Assembly: GCA_001600695.1 (NCBI GenBank)
Contig: BCKQ01000018.1
Coordinates: forward strand, 54,818 to 118,817
DNA: 64,000 bases
DNA from: Ascoidea asiatica JCM 7603
Taxonomy: Eukaryota > Fungi > Ascomycota
Reading direction: 5' to 3'
The translations under genes and the position numbers were made by a program. The stretch's first letter is position 1. Each line of letters opens with the position of its first letter. The notes under the pieces are model-generated. The model was not told where the DNA came from. It did not search any database and saw only the letters and a program-made list of their open reading frames with translations. Shown one piece after another: positions 12,238 to 25,736 of the stretch.

Positions 12238-13383
12238 TAGAAACAAGATGATTTTAGATTATTAAATTGAATATCAAGTTGAATTAAGATGAATTGAATT
12301 GAATTGAATTTAATCAATTGATCAATTGGATAAGAAAAGAAGAAATAATATAAGTTATATATGAAATGAATGAATGATATCAAATTTAAGCAAGTTTCCA
12401 AAGTATCATCGTTACCGGCAGTCAAACAATGGCAAAATACAATATTGTAGTCTGTTTCAGCAGTGTTATTGAATGTTATTGAGTGTTATTGAATGTTATT
12501 GAATGTTATTGAATGTTATTGTGGTAAGTCACAGAAATTGCTACAAGCAGAATCCAATCACGTAATCACACAACTGAACTCCGTGAGACTGGTCTCAGAA
12601 AGCAAAGGACCCCTGGGAACGGTGCAGTACCTGACATACTTTTGGGAACCATAGAAGTGGATACATAGCAGTACATCACATGATGTTATGTCCGCCGGTA
12701 ATACGCCACGCATTACTATTTTTATTTTATCTGCACCTTGCTCTAGCCACGCCCCCTCTTTTGACTCCATCCGCGGTGCCCTTGAACGGAAGCCCAGCTT
12801 AGCAGGAGCGGCGGACGGCAACGGAGCCTTGGCGGGTCTGGCCGGATGACTGCAAGTTCCTCCCGTGAGTTGTCTCCTGACTTGTCTCCTGGCTTGTCTC
12901 TTCTTTTGCAGGTCCCGTGATCTGGCAGTGATTTTACTCTCAGTATTTATTTATACTACTTTTTTGTATATTGCCTTATTGCCTTATTGCCTTATTGCCT
13001 TTATATCACTTTATAACTTTGTATTATTCTCGTATTTTATACTGTTTTATCGTATTAATTTATATATTCTTATCCTCTTAAATACTTATTTATTCTTATA
13101 ATCGATCTTAAATCAATATAATTATCAATATTACTCTTCTTTTTAGTCTCAGTATTAGTCTTAAAATTCAGTTCAATATTCATCTCAATCTCAATCTCGA
13201 TCTCGATCTCGATCTCGATCTCTATTTACAAAAACTTTTAATACGAAAATTATTTAATTATTTTAATTTTGAAATAATACCATGAATCAAAATCATATAC
13301 ATTTATTTAAATATATTAAATACATATAATTAATTTTAAATTCAATTCAATTTCAATTTCAATCTCAATTTCTTTATTAAAAA

Positions 13384-13597
13384 ATGGGTAATTCTTCTTC
13401 AAAACAATCTCTTGATATACCACCAGGTAAATTATCAAGATCAAATACTTCAAATTCTATAAAATCTTCAAAATCTTCAAAATCTAATCGTTCTTTTAAA
13501 TCTTCAAAATCTTCAAAATCTTCAAAATCTATAAAATCTTTAAAATCTATAAAACCTTTAAAATCTAATTCTTCTCAAAATGATATTATAAATAATT

Positions 13598-13630
<33 letters not shown>

Positions 13631-14331
13631 GTACAAATCATCTACTGACAAGTCTGAATTCATCTGATCTTACAAATTCAAATATAAATGATAATGAAAT
13701 TATCAATAATAATAATAATAATAATAATAATAACTTTCATATCAATTCAAATTCAAATTCAATTTCAAATTCTGGTCATATAACGCCAAATAATTTATAT
13801 AATCATAATTCTAATCATAATACTAATAATAATAATAATAATAATATATTCAATAATGGAATCTTACACGCTTCAATGACCCTGTTAGAACCAAAAGAAC
13901 CAATACTAATAACTTCTATAAATCATAATTCAAATATTGATATAAATAATAATATTACAGATACAAATATTAATAATCATAATAATCATAATAATGATAA
14001 TAATATTTTAAATAATAATGATATAAGTAATAATGATTTATCATTCTCAACTACAAATATAAAAGATATAAAAAATATAAAAAATATTAAAGATATAAAA
14101 GATATAAAAAATATTAAAGATAATGAAGATAATGAAGATAATGAAGATAATAATAATGATAATCTTTCAATAAATCAATTAAATCCATTATCAAAAACTT
14201 CAACAAATACTTCAATATTATCAAATAATTCAAATATTTCAAATCAAACTTTAAAAAATTCAAATCAAATTATTTCAACTACTACTACTAATAATATTAA
14301 TAATAATAATAATAATAATGATATAAATATA

Positions 14332-14368
<37 letters not shown>

Positions 14369-15630
14369 GTAATAATAATATAGATATAAATAATAATAAC
14401 TTATCTGATAATAATTTAAATATAATTCCATCATTTTCAAGAAAAAGTTCATTTTCAAATTCAATTAATGATCATCTTAATTCAAATAATAATTTAAATC
14501 ATAATCATTCTCGTCATAATATACATAATATTCATAATCGTCATAATAGAAGTACTTCAAATATTATTAATAATAATAATAATAATAATATAAAAGATAA
14601 TTTAAAAGATAATGAAAGAACTTTAAGTATTGAAGATTTAATTCAAAAATTATTAGATGCAGGTTATTCTGGTAAAAAAAGTAAAAAATTATGTTTATCA
14701 AATAAAGAAATTCAATTAATTTGTTCAAATGCAAGAGAAATTTTTTTATCACAACCAATTGTTTTAGAATTATCACCACCTGTAAAAATTGTTGGTGATA
14801 TTCATGGTCAATATGGTGATTTATTAAGAATTTTTACAAAATGTGGATTTCCACCAGCTTCAAATTATTTATTTTTAGGTGATTATGTTGATAGAGGTAA
14901 ACAAAGTTTAGAAACTATATTATTATTATTATGTTATAAAATTAAATATCCAGAAAATTTTTTTTTATTAAGAGGTAATCATGAATGTGCAAATGTTACA
15001 AGAGTTTATGGATTTTATGATGAATGTAAAAGAAGATGTAATATAAAAACTTGGAAAATTTTTATTGATACTTTTAATACTTTACCAATTACAGCAATTG
15101 TTGCAAATAAAATATTTTGTGTTCATGGTGGTTTATCACCTTCATTAAATTCAATTGAAGAAATTAAAAATATTTCAAGACCAACAGATGTTACAGATTT
15201 TGGTTTATTAAGTGATTTATTATGGTCAGATCCTTCAGATAATAATTTAAATGAATGGGAAGATAATGAAAGAGGTGTAAGTTATTGTTTTTCAAAAATT
15301 GCAATAAATAAATTTTTACAAAAATTTAATTTTGATTTAATTTGTAGAGCTCATATGGTTGTTGAAGATGGTTATGAATTTTTTAATGATAGAACTTTAG
15401 TTACAGTATTTAGTGCACCAAATTATTGTGGAGAATTTGATAATTGGGGTGCAGTAATGTGTGTTGATCAAGAATTATTATGTAGTTTTGAATTATTAGA
15501 TCCATTAGATTCAAATGCTTTAAAACAAGTTTTAAGAAAAGGTAAATTAGAAAGAAGACTGTCAGCAAATAGTATGAATCAAAATTTAAATTTAAATTTT
15601 AATCAATTATCATTAAATAATAATAATTAA
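13384..15630 (+). CDS. PPZ1: PP1-like Ser/Thr phosphatase Z
   Basis: Myristoylation-type MGNSSSK start, Ser/Asn-rich N-half, GDIHG/GDYVDRG/RGNHE/SAPNY motifs, and a C-terminal [12 protein letters not shown] typical of Ppz. Confidence 0.92.
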
Positions 15631-18393
15631 TATTCAATTTTTTTTTATATTTCTATTAAATCATTTTAATTAAACAAAATCATTTTATTTATTAATTTTT
15701 AATTTTTATTCATTTTTTACATATATTCTTCTTCTTCTTCTTTTATTTTTATTTTTATTTTTATTTTTCATTCTAGTTTCTAATTCTATTATGTATATGT
15801 TTATTTATTTCTTATTTCTTGTTACTTATTACTTATTACTTACCATTTTTACATTTTAATTTTTATATTTTATAGTAATTTTAATAAATAAATATATTTC
15901 TGTATATAAAAATTGTTCAATTATCATATACAGTATAATTTCAAATAACCTTAATTAAGATTTAAAATTAAGCTAAGCTAAAGCACACATAGTTAGTTAT
16001 TATATAAGCCCACGTGCTAAAAAAAAGAGTTTTATATTTTTTATTCTAATAGTTTCAAAATAATTCTAATTCTAGAGCTTCAATGTCATATTATTGCCGT
16101 GGGATTGAATAAATTCTCAAAGCTTTCAACATAATTCACAGCAAAGTTCATATTTTGTGGCAAAAAAATAAGAAAGACATGGAAAAGAGTGCAAATATGG
16201 ACTCAGAGTCTAGATTGTTTTGAAACACAGGGTAAGTTTCTATGAATATAATAATAGGGGATAAATAGGGGATATTTCCTGTTGAAACAATAAGATCAGG
16301 AAATATCATGTTGTGTTAGCAAAAGTCACGTTTCAGATCCTAGTATTGGCCTTCATATTAATGGTAATAAGGCTGTTAATAAGAGCCCCAAAGCTTGAAA
16401 TATTTAAGGAATTTGAAAAAGAAAAGAGGATGGCAAGTCCAGAACATGGTCACCTGTTTAGACTTTAGGATTATGAATAACTTTCAGAATTGCTTTTTGA
16501 TTGTGATAAGGCTGAAAATTAAGCCTGGAATAAATTAAACAGCGACCTTTTTGTTACTTCAGTCACTTCAGTCACCTGGGGTCGATTGATTGTTATCCGA
16601 GAAGAAATGATACCGGATTTGGATGTGTAACCGTCTTCTTCGGAAAAATGCCTCACTCTGGTCAAGATACTAAAACTTCCCAGTTTTTTCTTTCTTCGAG
16701 GTACTTGGTTTTCTAGGATTTTCTACCAGCCATAATATTATTCAATTATTAAGAATAATTCATATCAATTTATATTAAATCACATACTTTCATAGAAAAA
16801 TGATTATTGTATTTTTGAATATGATCTGTAGAATTAACTGTAGCTGGTAAATTACTTGAATAATCCGGAGGTTATCGCCTGATTTCCATACCAGTAAATG
16901 AAAGTAAAAATCTGTAAATACCAATACCCACGGTATTTGAAGAATGTAATGTTAGGTCTTACAATGTTATGTTGTGTGCAATGGGGCTTAATTTTATTTG
17001 TCCCGCATTTCTCACGGCTTCCCATTTGGTTCCCCAAAATATATCTGGTTGTCGTGACTGGGCATTACCAGATTTCAGATTTAACAACTCATAGCTTTTT
17101 ACCCGGGTCTTTTATTAACAATTTTCCCAAGACCTTGAGTTTGAAGAAAGAAATTCATCCTGGTACGCGCGCGTTTCAGAAATAATTATGGTTCCTGTTA
17201 AATTAATATTAGCTTTTAATCTGTACCTGCTGCCAAGAAACCTCCCAGATAAAGAGTGTTGCGGGTTCCGTGCTTAAAATCAACGGTACCTTTACAAGAG
17301 CTCACCCACTTGACACACTTTTTTTTTTATTTAATTCTAGCCAATTTTGATACAACAACCAGCTAACTTACTTATTTTCCACTTGTTTTCCACTTGTTTG
17401 CAGCACCGGGTTGCAAACGAAGTGACCCACAACTGACGGGTGAGGAAACGAGTGGCCGCCAGCTGCACTGCTACACGTCCAACCACGCCCAACCACGCCC
17501 ACACACCTCCCACCTGGCCAGTGGCCGGTATTTGTTCGAAGTGAAATTCTGGTGCGCATTTTCTTTTTTTTTTCACTTTCACTTTCACCTAAAGGTTAAT
17601 TATGGTAATAATATTAATAATAATATTAATAATAATATTAATAATATTAATACGTAATAAGAAAAACACCTAAAAGAAGTATTAAAATAGTATTAAATTA
17701 TTAAAATATTGAAATATTGAAGTAATTAACTAATATTACTCTGGAGTTAAAATTTCTGATTCCTCTGGTTTTCTGGTTTTCTGGTTTTTTGCTTTAATTT
17801 CTTACTTTTTTCCTGTTTTTTTCCTTTTTCATTTATTACTTTTTATTTTCTTTTAATTCATTCATTCATCTTTATATTCATTTTCATTTTAATTTTAAAA
17901 TTATCATTTATTTGATTCATTCTCTCTTTAATTATTTAACTAAAAAACAATATAAAAAAAAACTATTAAAAAACTATTAAAAAACTATTAAAAAACTATT
18001 AAAATTTCTAATAAAAGGCTTAAAATAAGCATTTATCAAAAAAAGTAAAAAGAAATATTTGAAATTTATTTATTTATTTATTATACTGACTTTAATTAAA
18101 TTTATTTAATTCTTATTCAATTATTTTTAATATTAATAATTAAAAAGATTTAAATAATATTCATTCATTTAAAATTTAAAAGAAACTTTCATTCATTTAT
18201 ATTTTATATATATTTAAATATATTTATATATATTTATATAATCATTTAATTTCTTTATTATTTTTCATCCATTATCTTATCTTAAATTGTTTTTTTTTTT
18301 GTTTTCAATTTGATTTAATTATTTTATTTATATTATTAACTATATACATTCCTTAAATTATAATAATTAAATTATAATAATTAAATTATAATA

Positions 18394-19995
18394 ATGATAT
18401 TCTCAAATTCATTCATTTTAACTTCTTTAGCTTTTTTATTTAATTCAAATAAAATTTCTGCTTCTTCTTGTACTGAAGTTGATGGTAATTATTATTGTGA
18501 TGATACATCTGCTGTAATTTATTCAGGTATTGGTTATTCTGGTTCTTATAAAGATGTAACTGCAATGGATGAATCTTCTTGTGATTGTACTCAATCTGAA
18601 GTTACTTTTTCTGGTAATTTATCTCCTTTAAATGAAGAATTATCTATTCATTTTAGAGGTCCTTTAAAATTATTACAATTTGGTGTTTATTATCCATCTT
18701 CTTCATCTTCTTCATCTTCAACTTCTTCAAAAAAAAAAAGAAATGCAAAACCACAACCTGAAGCTATTAATGCTCATGCTCATAATTATCATCATAAACA
18801 TCATGCTCATAAAAGAGAAGCTGAAACAATGACTGTTGCTTTAACTGAAACTGTTTATGTTGATGATGATGGTGTTTCAACAACTGTTTTAGAATCAACT
18901 CCTGTTGCTTCAACTATTGCTCAAACAACTGAAAATGAATTAGATGTTGCTGCTATTAAAACAACTTCTACTTTAGCTTCTTCTATTTCTTCAACCACTG
19001 AAGTTTCTGAAATTGAATCTTCTTCTGATTGGACTTCTTCTACTTCAACTCAAACTTCAACCATTTATTATACTCTTGATACTGATGAAAGTTCTTCTGC
19101 TGTTGAAACTTCTTCTTTATCATCATCATCATCATCATCAAAAGTTTCTTCAAAAGTTTCTTCAAAAGCTTCTTCTACATCAGCTTCATCTACCAAAACT
19201 TCATCAAAAGCTTCAAGTTCTTCATCAAAAACTTCATCTACCTCAACTTCTACTTCAACTGGTTCTTGGGAAAGATTATCTTATTTTGAACCTGGTTCAA
19301 CAACAAATGTAACTTTTTTAAATACTTTAGGTGGTAAAACTGATTCTGGTACTTGGTCTTCATGTTTTGGTAATTCTCTTTCTTATTGTGCTGCAAATGG
19401 TGAAGATGCTTCTTCTGATGCTGTTGCACTTAAAGAAGTTACTGTTCCTTCTGATACTGAATATATGATTTTCTCAGGTTCTGATTGTAATGATACTGAT
19501 GTTGGTGATTGTGGTTATTATAGATCTGGTATTCCTGCTTATCATGGTTTTGGTGGTGATCATAAATTATTTGTTTTTGAATTTGAAATGCCAACTGATT
19601 CTGATGATTCAACTACAACTAATTTTGATATGCCTGCAATTTGGTTATTAAATGCTAAAATTCCAAGAACTTTACAATACGGTGATTCTTCATGTTCATG
19701 TTGGTCAACTGGTTGTGGTGAATTAGATTTATTTGAAATTTTAAGTTCTGGTTCTTCAAAATTAATTTCTCATTTACATGATGGTCAAGGTGATGATGGT
19801 ACTTCAACTGGTGGTAGTGGTTCTTCTGATTATTTCGATAGACCAACTTCTTCTTCAATGAAAGCTGTTGTTGTTATGAGTGGTTCAACTATTAGTATTG
19901 TTAAAGTTGATGATGATACTGATTTTGGTTCATCTTTAGATGCTGATACTGTCAATGGTTGGTTAGAAACTAGTGGTTCAGATGTTTCTTTATAA
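18394..19995 (+). CDS. TOS1: Secreted cell-wall protein Tos1 (DUF2403/DUF2401)
   Basis: Signal peptide, GNYYC, FSGNLSPLNEELSIHFRGPLKLLQFGVY, KR Kex2 sites, S/T-rich linker, DMPAIWLLNAKIPRTLQYG..CSCWSTGCGELDLFEIL. Confidence 0.88.
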   Translation: MIFSNSFILTSLAFLFNSNKISASSCTEVDGNYYCDDTSAVIYSGIGYSGSYKDVTAMDESSCDCTQSEVTFSGNLSPLNEELSIHFRGPLKLLQFGVYYPSSSSSSSSTSSKKKRNAKPQPEAINAHAHNYHHKHHAHKREAETMTVALTETVYVDDDGVSTTVLESTPVASTIAQTTENELDVAAIKTTSTLASSISSTTEVSEIESSSDWTSSTSTQTSTIYYTLDTDESSSAVETSSLSSSSSSSKVSSKVSSKASSTSASSTKTSSKASSSSSKTSSTSTSTSTGSWERLSYFEPGSTTNVTFLNTLGGKTDSGTWSSCFGNSLSYCAANGEDASSDAVALKEVTVPSDTEYMIFSGSDCNDTDVGDCGYYRSGIPAYHGFGGDHKLFVFEFEMPTDSDDSTTTNFDMPAIWLLNAKIPRTLQYGDSSCSCWSTGCGELDLFEILSSGSSKLISHLHDGQGDDGTSTGGSGSSDYFDRPTSSSMKAVVVMSGSTISIVKVDDDTDFGSSLDADTVNGWLETSGSDVSL

Positions 19996-20978
19996 ACAAT
20001 TTGAATTCATTAAAATTAATTAAAATTTATCAAATTTTAAGTTTTTTTTTTTAAAGTTTTATTTTTTAACATTTGTTTATTTTTAAAACTTATATTTTTT
20101 ATATTATCAATATTTTAAATTTAAATCTTTTTTTTATCTTATCCATCAAATTAATTTTAAAAATTAAAGCCAAATTAAAAAAAAAATCAAAAAAAAATTT
20201 TAAAAATATAAACGGTTTTTAATAACTATTTGGACTTTATTTTTTCGTTTCAAATTCTTTAACATCCCTATATAATTCTTTATTTCTTTCAAGGCTTCTT
20301 TTGGATCTTCTTTTTTCTTTTATTCTTTTCTTTTTCTCTTTTCCAATATCTTTTGCTCTGTTTTGTGATTATCCTGGAGGGTTGAATTTTGTTATTTCGT
20401 ATTTTTTTTTTCATTAGTTGTCCTTATTTAGTTTGTTTTATAAATTGAAATTTTATTTTGTATATTAAATCTATTGTGTTTTGTAATAATCACAAATTAT
20501 TTGTATATATATATATGAATATTATTTAAATTTTCCAATTTTAAATTTTGATTTTATCCCCACTTGATTGACTGTATTTCATGAACAATTCAATTTTATT
20601 TAGCATAATATCAAAATTTTTCTCAAAGTCACTAGAATTCAAAGGCTGAGAATATTAATTGAAATAACTTATTCATATAATTAAAAAAGTACAACTATTA
20701 TGTTAGAAACATTTTTCAAGAATAGAAAAAAGTACCAAATGAGTTTGTCTCACTCATTTGATTGACATTCAAGAAGGCTTCAATTTCCTTCAACAAATTA
20801 CAAATCTGGGAACCATGCTTTTGGAATAATAATTCTGAAAAAAGCTTTGAAAACCTTCAAAACAATCCAGTTTCAGAAACATTATTATTCTGGAATAAAC
20901 ACTTTTAAAAATATTGAAGTCTTCTTGATCCTTCTGTTAATTTAATTCGTGTAAAAAAAGTTTAATATTAGTAAAATG

Positions 20979-20986
20979 GTCACGTG
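20979..20986 (+). promoter_or_regulatory. Cbf1-type E-box GTCACGTG upstream of MRPL51
   Basis: Exact RTCACGTG about 135 nt before the MRPL51 ATG. Confidence 0.55.
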
Positions 20987-21118
20987 CCGTATTATATTTG
21001 CTTTTCTTCTTTTCGAAAAAAGTTGAAATTGATGAAAGTGTTTTTGAAAAACAATGAAAAAAAGATATAGAACTTATTAATAAAAAATTGATATTACCAT
21101 AATTGCAAAGTATTTAAA

Positions 21119-21640
21119 ATGCCTATTAAACCAATATTTGTTGCTTCAAAGCCAATGAATGGTCTTGGTGCCTTCATATTACCAGTATGTTTAATCTTAC
21201 TTATTTGTTTTTAATTAATAGTCTAGTATCTTTTAAAGAAACTTATGCTAACAAAGTAATAATTTTTATTCTCAAATTTGTTTTAGTGTAAAAGAATAAC
21301 ATTACAATATTGTAACTGGAATGGTTCTTCTGAAGGTTTACGTAAATTCATTATGAATGATCTTAGAGATTATGCTAAACAAAATCCAATAATTCAATTT
21401 AATTTATTAAAAAAATCAGGACATCCTGTTGTCAGAGGGTTTTATACAACTGGTGATATCAAATCAATTTCAACAAGAAATTTAACTCCAAAAGAAATAA
21501 AAGATAAATTGGATATATTGAAAAACTCTTCTCATGCCAAATTATCTAAATATCATCAAGCTGTTAAATCTTATAATGAAAGTCCAAGAGGTATTTGGAG
21601 TCCATTCCATTTAGATCCTTCTTTAAGACACAAAATTTAA
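21119..21640 (+). CDS. MRPL51: Mitochondrial ribosomal protein mL43; exons 21119-21184 and 21287-21640 (139 aa)
   Basis: The spliced product MPIKPIFVASKPMNGLGAFILP|CKRITLQYCNWNGSSEGLRKF...SGHPVVRG...RGIWSPFH matches Mrpl51. The ORF track captured only part of exon 2. Confidence 0.93.
21185..21286 (+). other. Spliceosomal intron (102 nt, phase 0) in MRPL51
   Basis: GTATGT 5'ss, TGCTAAC branch point at 21246-21252, TTTTAG 3'ss. Removal restores the conserved GAFILP-CKRITLQ. Confidence 0.93.
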
Positions 21641-21837
21641 ACTATGAGATACATGTAAATAATGATCATAACGATTCCTTTTCTTTTAGTTATAATTAGT
21701 CTTGTTTATCTTTTCAAAAAAAATAAATGAATTTCTACAAATTTTTTTTTCTATAAATATTTATAAATTCTATTATACATTGTCATAAACATAATTATAT
21801 TATACATTATAAAAAAAAATAACTTGACCCAATCAAT

Positions 21838-24800
21838 TTACTTGTAATTAAGAATAGAAGTTGATTTATTTCCATTAAATAAATGAAACTTACTATTAAT
21901 TCTACTACCAAGTCTAATTTTTTTTACTGTTCTTTTTTTCCCTCCAAAAAGATTTTCTATTGATTCCTGTCTTCCGTTTTTAACTTTATCATTAATAATG
22001 TTTTCTTTCTTTCCACATGCGTAATAAGAATCAGATTTCCTCCCTTCAATATCAACTTTGCAACTGTTGCTTTCTGAGCACAATGAATCTGATGAACTAC
22101 TATCAGTCTTCAAAGACCTTAAAGACCTCATCGAATGCACTTTTCTCATGGTTTTCTCTTTAGTACTGTTTTTGTTACTATTATTAGATTCTTCTAATAT
22201 GGAAGATAAATTAGGTGGTTGCAAAATTTCATCCATACTGATACTGTTTGGATTTGAATTCGGAAACAGAAGTGAAACAGGAGATAAATAATTCTCTTTC
22301 ATTCTTTCCTCGTTATCAATTTCAACTAAATTTATAAGTTTATTTGAAATAAGATCGGTTGATAAAATATTCTTTTTTGGAGTCATTGTTAATGTTTCTT
22401 TAGATTTAGTTAAATCTCCTGAAACACTACTTGATATCGAAGTTAATCTACTACTTCTCCCAATCCTTAAGAATTGTAAATAGGATTCAAGAATGTGACA
22501 GTAATCATTATATTTTTTTTCTTCTGGACATTGTTCTTTACCATCATTTCCTTCTTCATCCATATTAATAAACAGCCTATCATCATTTCGTAAATAATCT
22601 TGATTATCAATTTCACTTTCAATATAATATATTAAACTACTGATTTTAAACTTTTCAAACCATAATATTTGTAAATGAGATAAATAAATTCGACTGGCAA
22701 AATTCGCTAATAAAGCTTTGGTCTTTGTTTGTAAAGGAATTAATTCTTTCATAAAATTAACAATTCTTATTGTGCTATCAATCAAGTCCACAATATATTT
22801 GAAATCATCTTTAAGAGTAATATATCTTTCGCTAATACTTTGAGAGTCTTTAGAACATATTGAAAAATAATTTATAGATTTATCAAAAATCATAGGGGAA
22901 GTAGGAATTGAAAAATCAATAGCTCCACAAGATGAAACACTTGATAGATAATTAATACAATTAACCCAATCCATAAGCTGCTTGAAAGAATTACAACTGA
23001 AAGTTTCCTTAGTATCAAACGATTCAAACTTTCTACTGTTGAGCCAGGATTGATCATCAGGAGTAATGAATGAATGAGAAGAGCAACATATAGCAAAACT
23101 ATATTGTTCATTTTTCTGCCCGTTTTTAAGATTTGTATTATATGCAAAAATTTTTGCAATTGGAATAGCACAAACAAGATTAGGATTGGTTAGACTATTA
23201 AAAAGAGAATTAAAATTGATATTTGATTTGATATGATTAGATTTTAGATCAGACTCATCTTCTTTTTCATCTGTATTTTTGGATTTAAATTTATTTTCTA
23301 AAGATGAAAAGGATTCTTCTGACATTTCGTTCATCCAATTTAAGTTTTTGAAAATAAAAAACCCAAAGGATGTTAGAATGCAATAAGATTTTTTCCAAGA
23401 AGAGCTCATAGTATTATTCATAGGAATATCATCTTTAAACCCTTTGCCTTTTGGTTTTCCTTTTGGCTTCTTTCTGTTTTTAGCCAAAAAATTCACTCTT
23501 GATTGTTCATGATAGAGAATACCAACTTTTAAAACTCTAACTAAATATCTTTTCTCAACTTTTTTTTCTTTTTCAAAATCAGACTCACTTTTTCTATTAT
23601 CAGAAACATCTTCTTCAGATGATAAACTTTTCCTATCCAAACATAAAGAATGAAGGGAATCGGAGGAGGCTTTTTCAATCGATTCTTCTTCATTTAACGA
23701 CTTTGAACTTGTATAATTATCTAATTTTAAATCAAACTTTGAATTTTCATTTTCATTTAAATCAGTTATTTTCAAATGAAAACTATTAATTAAATATTTC
23801 GAAATTGAAAATGCACCAGGAAATTCTAAATTGACAATTGGAAGTGATTCTGAAATTGATTTTTTGATTCTTGAATGAGAAAAATCATCTTCAATTGAGT
23901 TTTCTCCGTTAAATTCAATTAAGCTTTCAAAAAAATCTTCATAAGAATCAGTTAAATCATAACTTGATAAATCCACTTTCATAAACAGTAAATCTGATAA
24001 ATCACTAGAATTATAAACCAAAGCTAATAAATTTGAAGAACTATTCCATCCAAAAGTAGAACTTCTTCTTCGTAATGTTTGAGTAGGCAAAGGTGTTTGT
24101 GAAGTTAAATTTTGTTGCTTAGAAAAACTTGGTTGTTTAGTTAAAGAAGGAGCTTTACTTGGTGATTCATTTTCTAAAACTGATTTGAATGGAATAGCAG
24201 TTATATTATCAAAAAAATATTCACTTAATTCTTGAGATAATAAACTAAATAAAGAATTTCCTTTAATAGAATGAGTAAGATCTTTTTGTTTTCTTTTTCT
24301 TTCAGCTTCTTTTTTGAAATTTGTTATTATATTGAAGTAATCAGTTTTTGTCATTTTAGATTTATTATTTTTATTAAAATGATCAGTATGTAAAACAACT
24401 AATGAAAATAATAAAGTATAAATTTCATCAACTGATTGAAAAAAACATCTAGAAATGGATTGATGAATAATTATTTCATCTTTTGGAGTTAATTCTTTAA
24501 AATTTTGAATATGTTTTAAATTTAAAAAATAATAATATGTCATTGATAAACATTCTAAAACCATATCTATTTTTTCAGTTTCATTTGGTAATTTATTGAA
24601 AAAAAGAAATTTTCGTAATATTAAATCTATTGGTATAATATAAACTTTATTAATTAAATCATTTAAATCCATTTTAAAAAAATTAAAATAAATATCTGAA
24701 TTTAAATTTGAATTATTATTATTTTTTATAGATATTATTTCAAAAATAGATTTATTCACAGCCATTTGATTAAATGGATTTATTTCTTTTTCTAATAAAG

Positions 24801-25701
24801 GTTCATTATAAATAATATTAAATAAAAATAAATAAAGATAATAAATTAAACAATTTTTATAAAATTCAAAATCTTTATTAAAACAAAAATTATCTTTAAT
24901 TGAATAATTTGAATAATTAAATGAATAATTTTTATTTTTAGATGCAAAAGAATATTTTGAAGATAAAATATCAACAATTTCATAAGAAAATCCATTATCA
25001 AATAATTTCATAATATAATCTTTATAATCATTATTAAATTCAGGTGATGGAATATCATTCAGATTAAAAGTACCTAAATTTCTAATTTTATTTTTTAATT
25101 TTAATTGTGAAAAATCTTCAAAAGAAGATAATGAAGTTGAAGTTGAATTTGAATGATTTCTTTTTTTATCAGAAATTATACTTGGATATGAATTTGAAGA
25201 ATCATTTGAAAATCTTGAAAGAAAAGTTGGAATAATAATATTTTTTTTATTTTTATTTAAAGAAGATAATTTTGAATAACTACCATCAAATTCAGATATT
25301 GGACTTGAAGGTAAATTATTATCTAAATTATAAGTACTAGTTCTTTTATATAATAAAGTAATTTTTGGATTTAAATTATTAGATAATGAACCAAGAGTTT
25401 TACTTCTTCTTCTATTAATTAAATTAATTTTTGTTGGAGATAAACTATGAGATTTTAAAATTTGAGAACTATTGTTATTAGATGATGTATTATTATTATT
25501 ATCTCTTTTTTTAATTGAAATTATTGGAAAATTATTATTATTTGAAAATTTAGAAGTTATTGATAAACTTCTTTTACTTCTTGAAAGTAATGAATTTTTA
25601 CTTTCAAAGAAATTATCAGTTGAATAAGATATATTTTTAATAAATTTTGGTTTAACTTTAATTTCAATTTCATTACCACTACAACTTGAACTTAAATTAT
25701 C

Positions 25702-25736
<35 letters not shown>

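Noticed and set aside
20979-21110. CDEI-like GTCACGTG followed by AT-rich DNA (point centromere?)
   Set aside because: There is no CDEIII (TGT...CCGAA) at the expected distance, and it lies in the MRPL51 promoter. The same holds for the other RTCACRTG sites.
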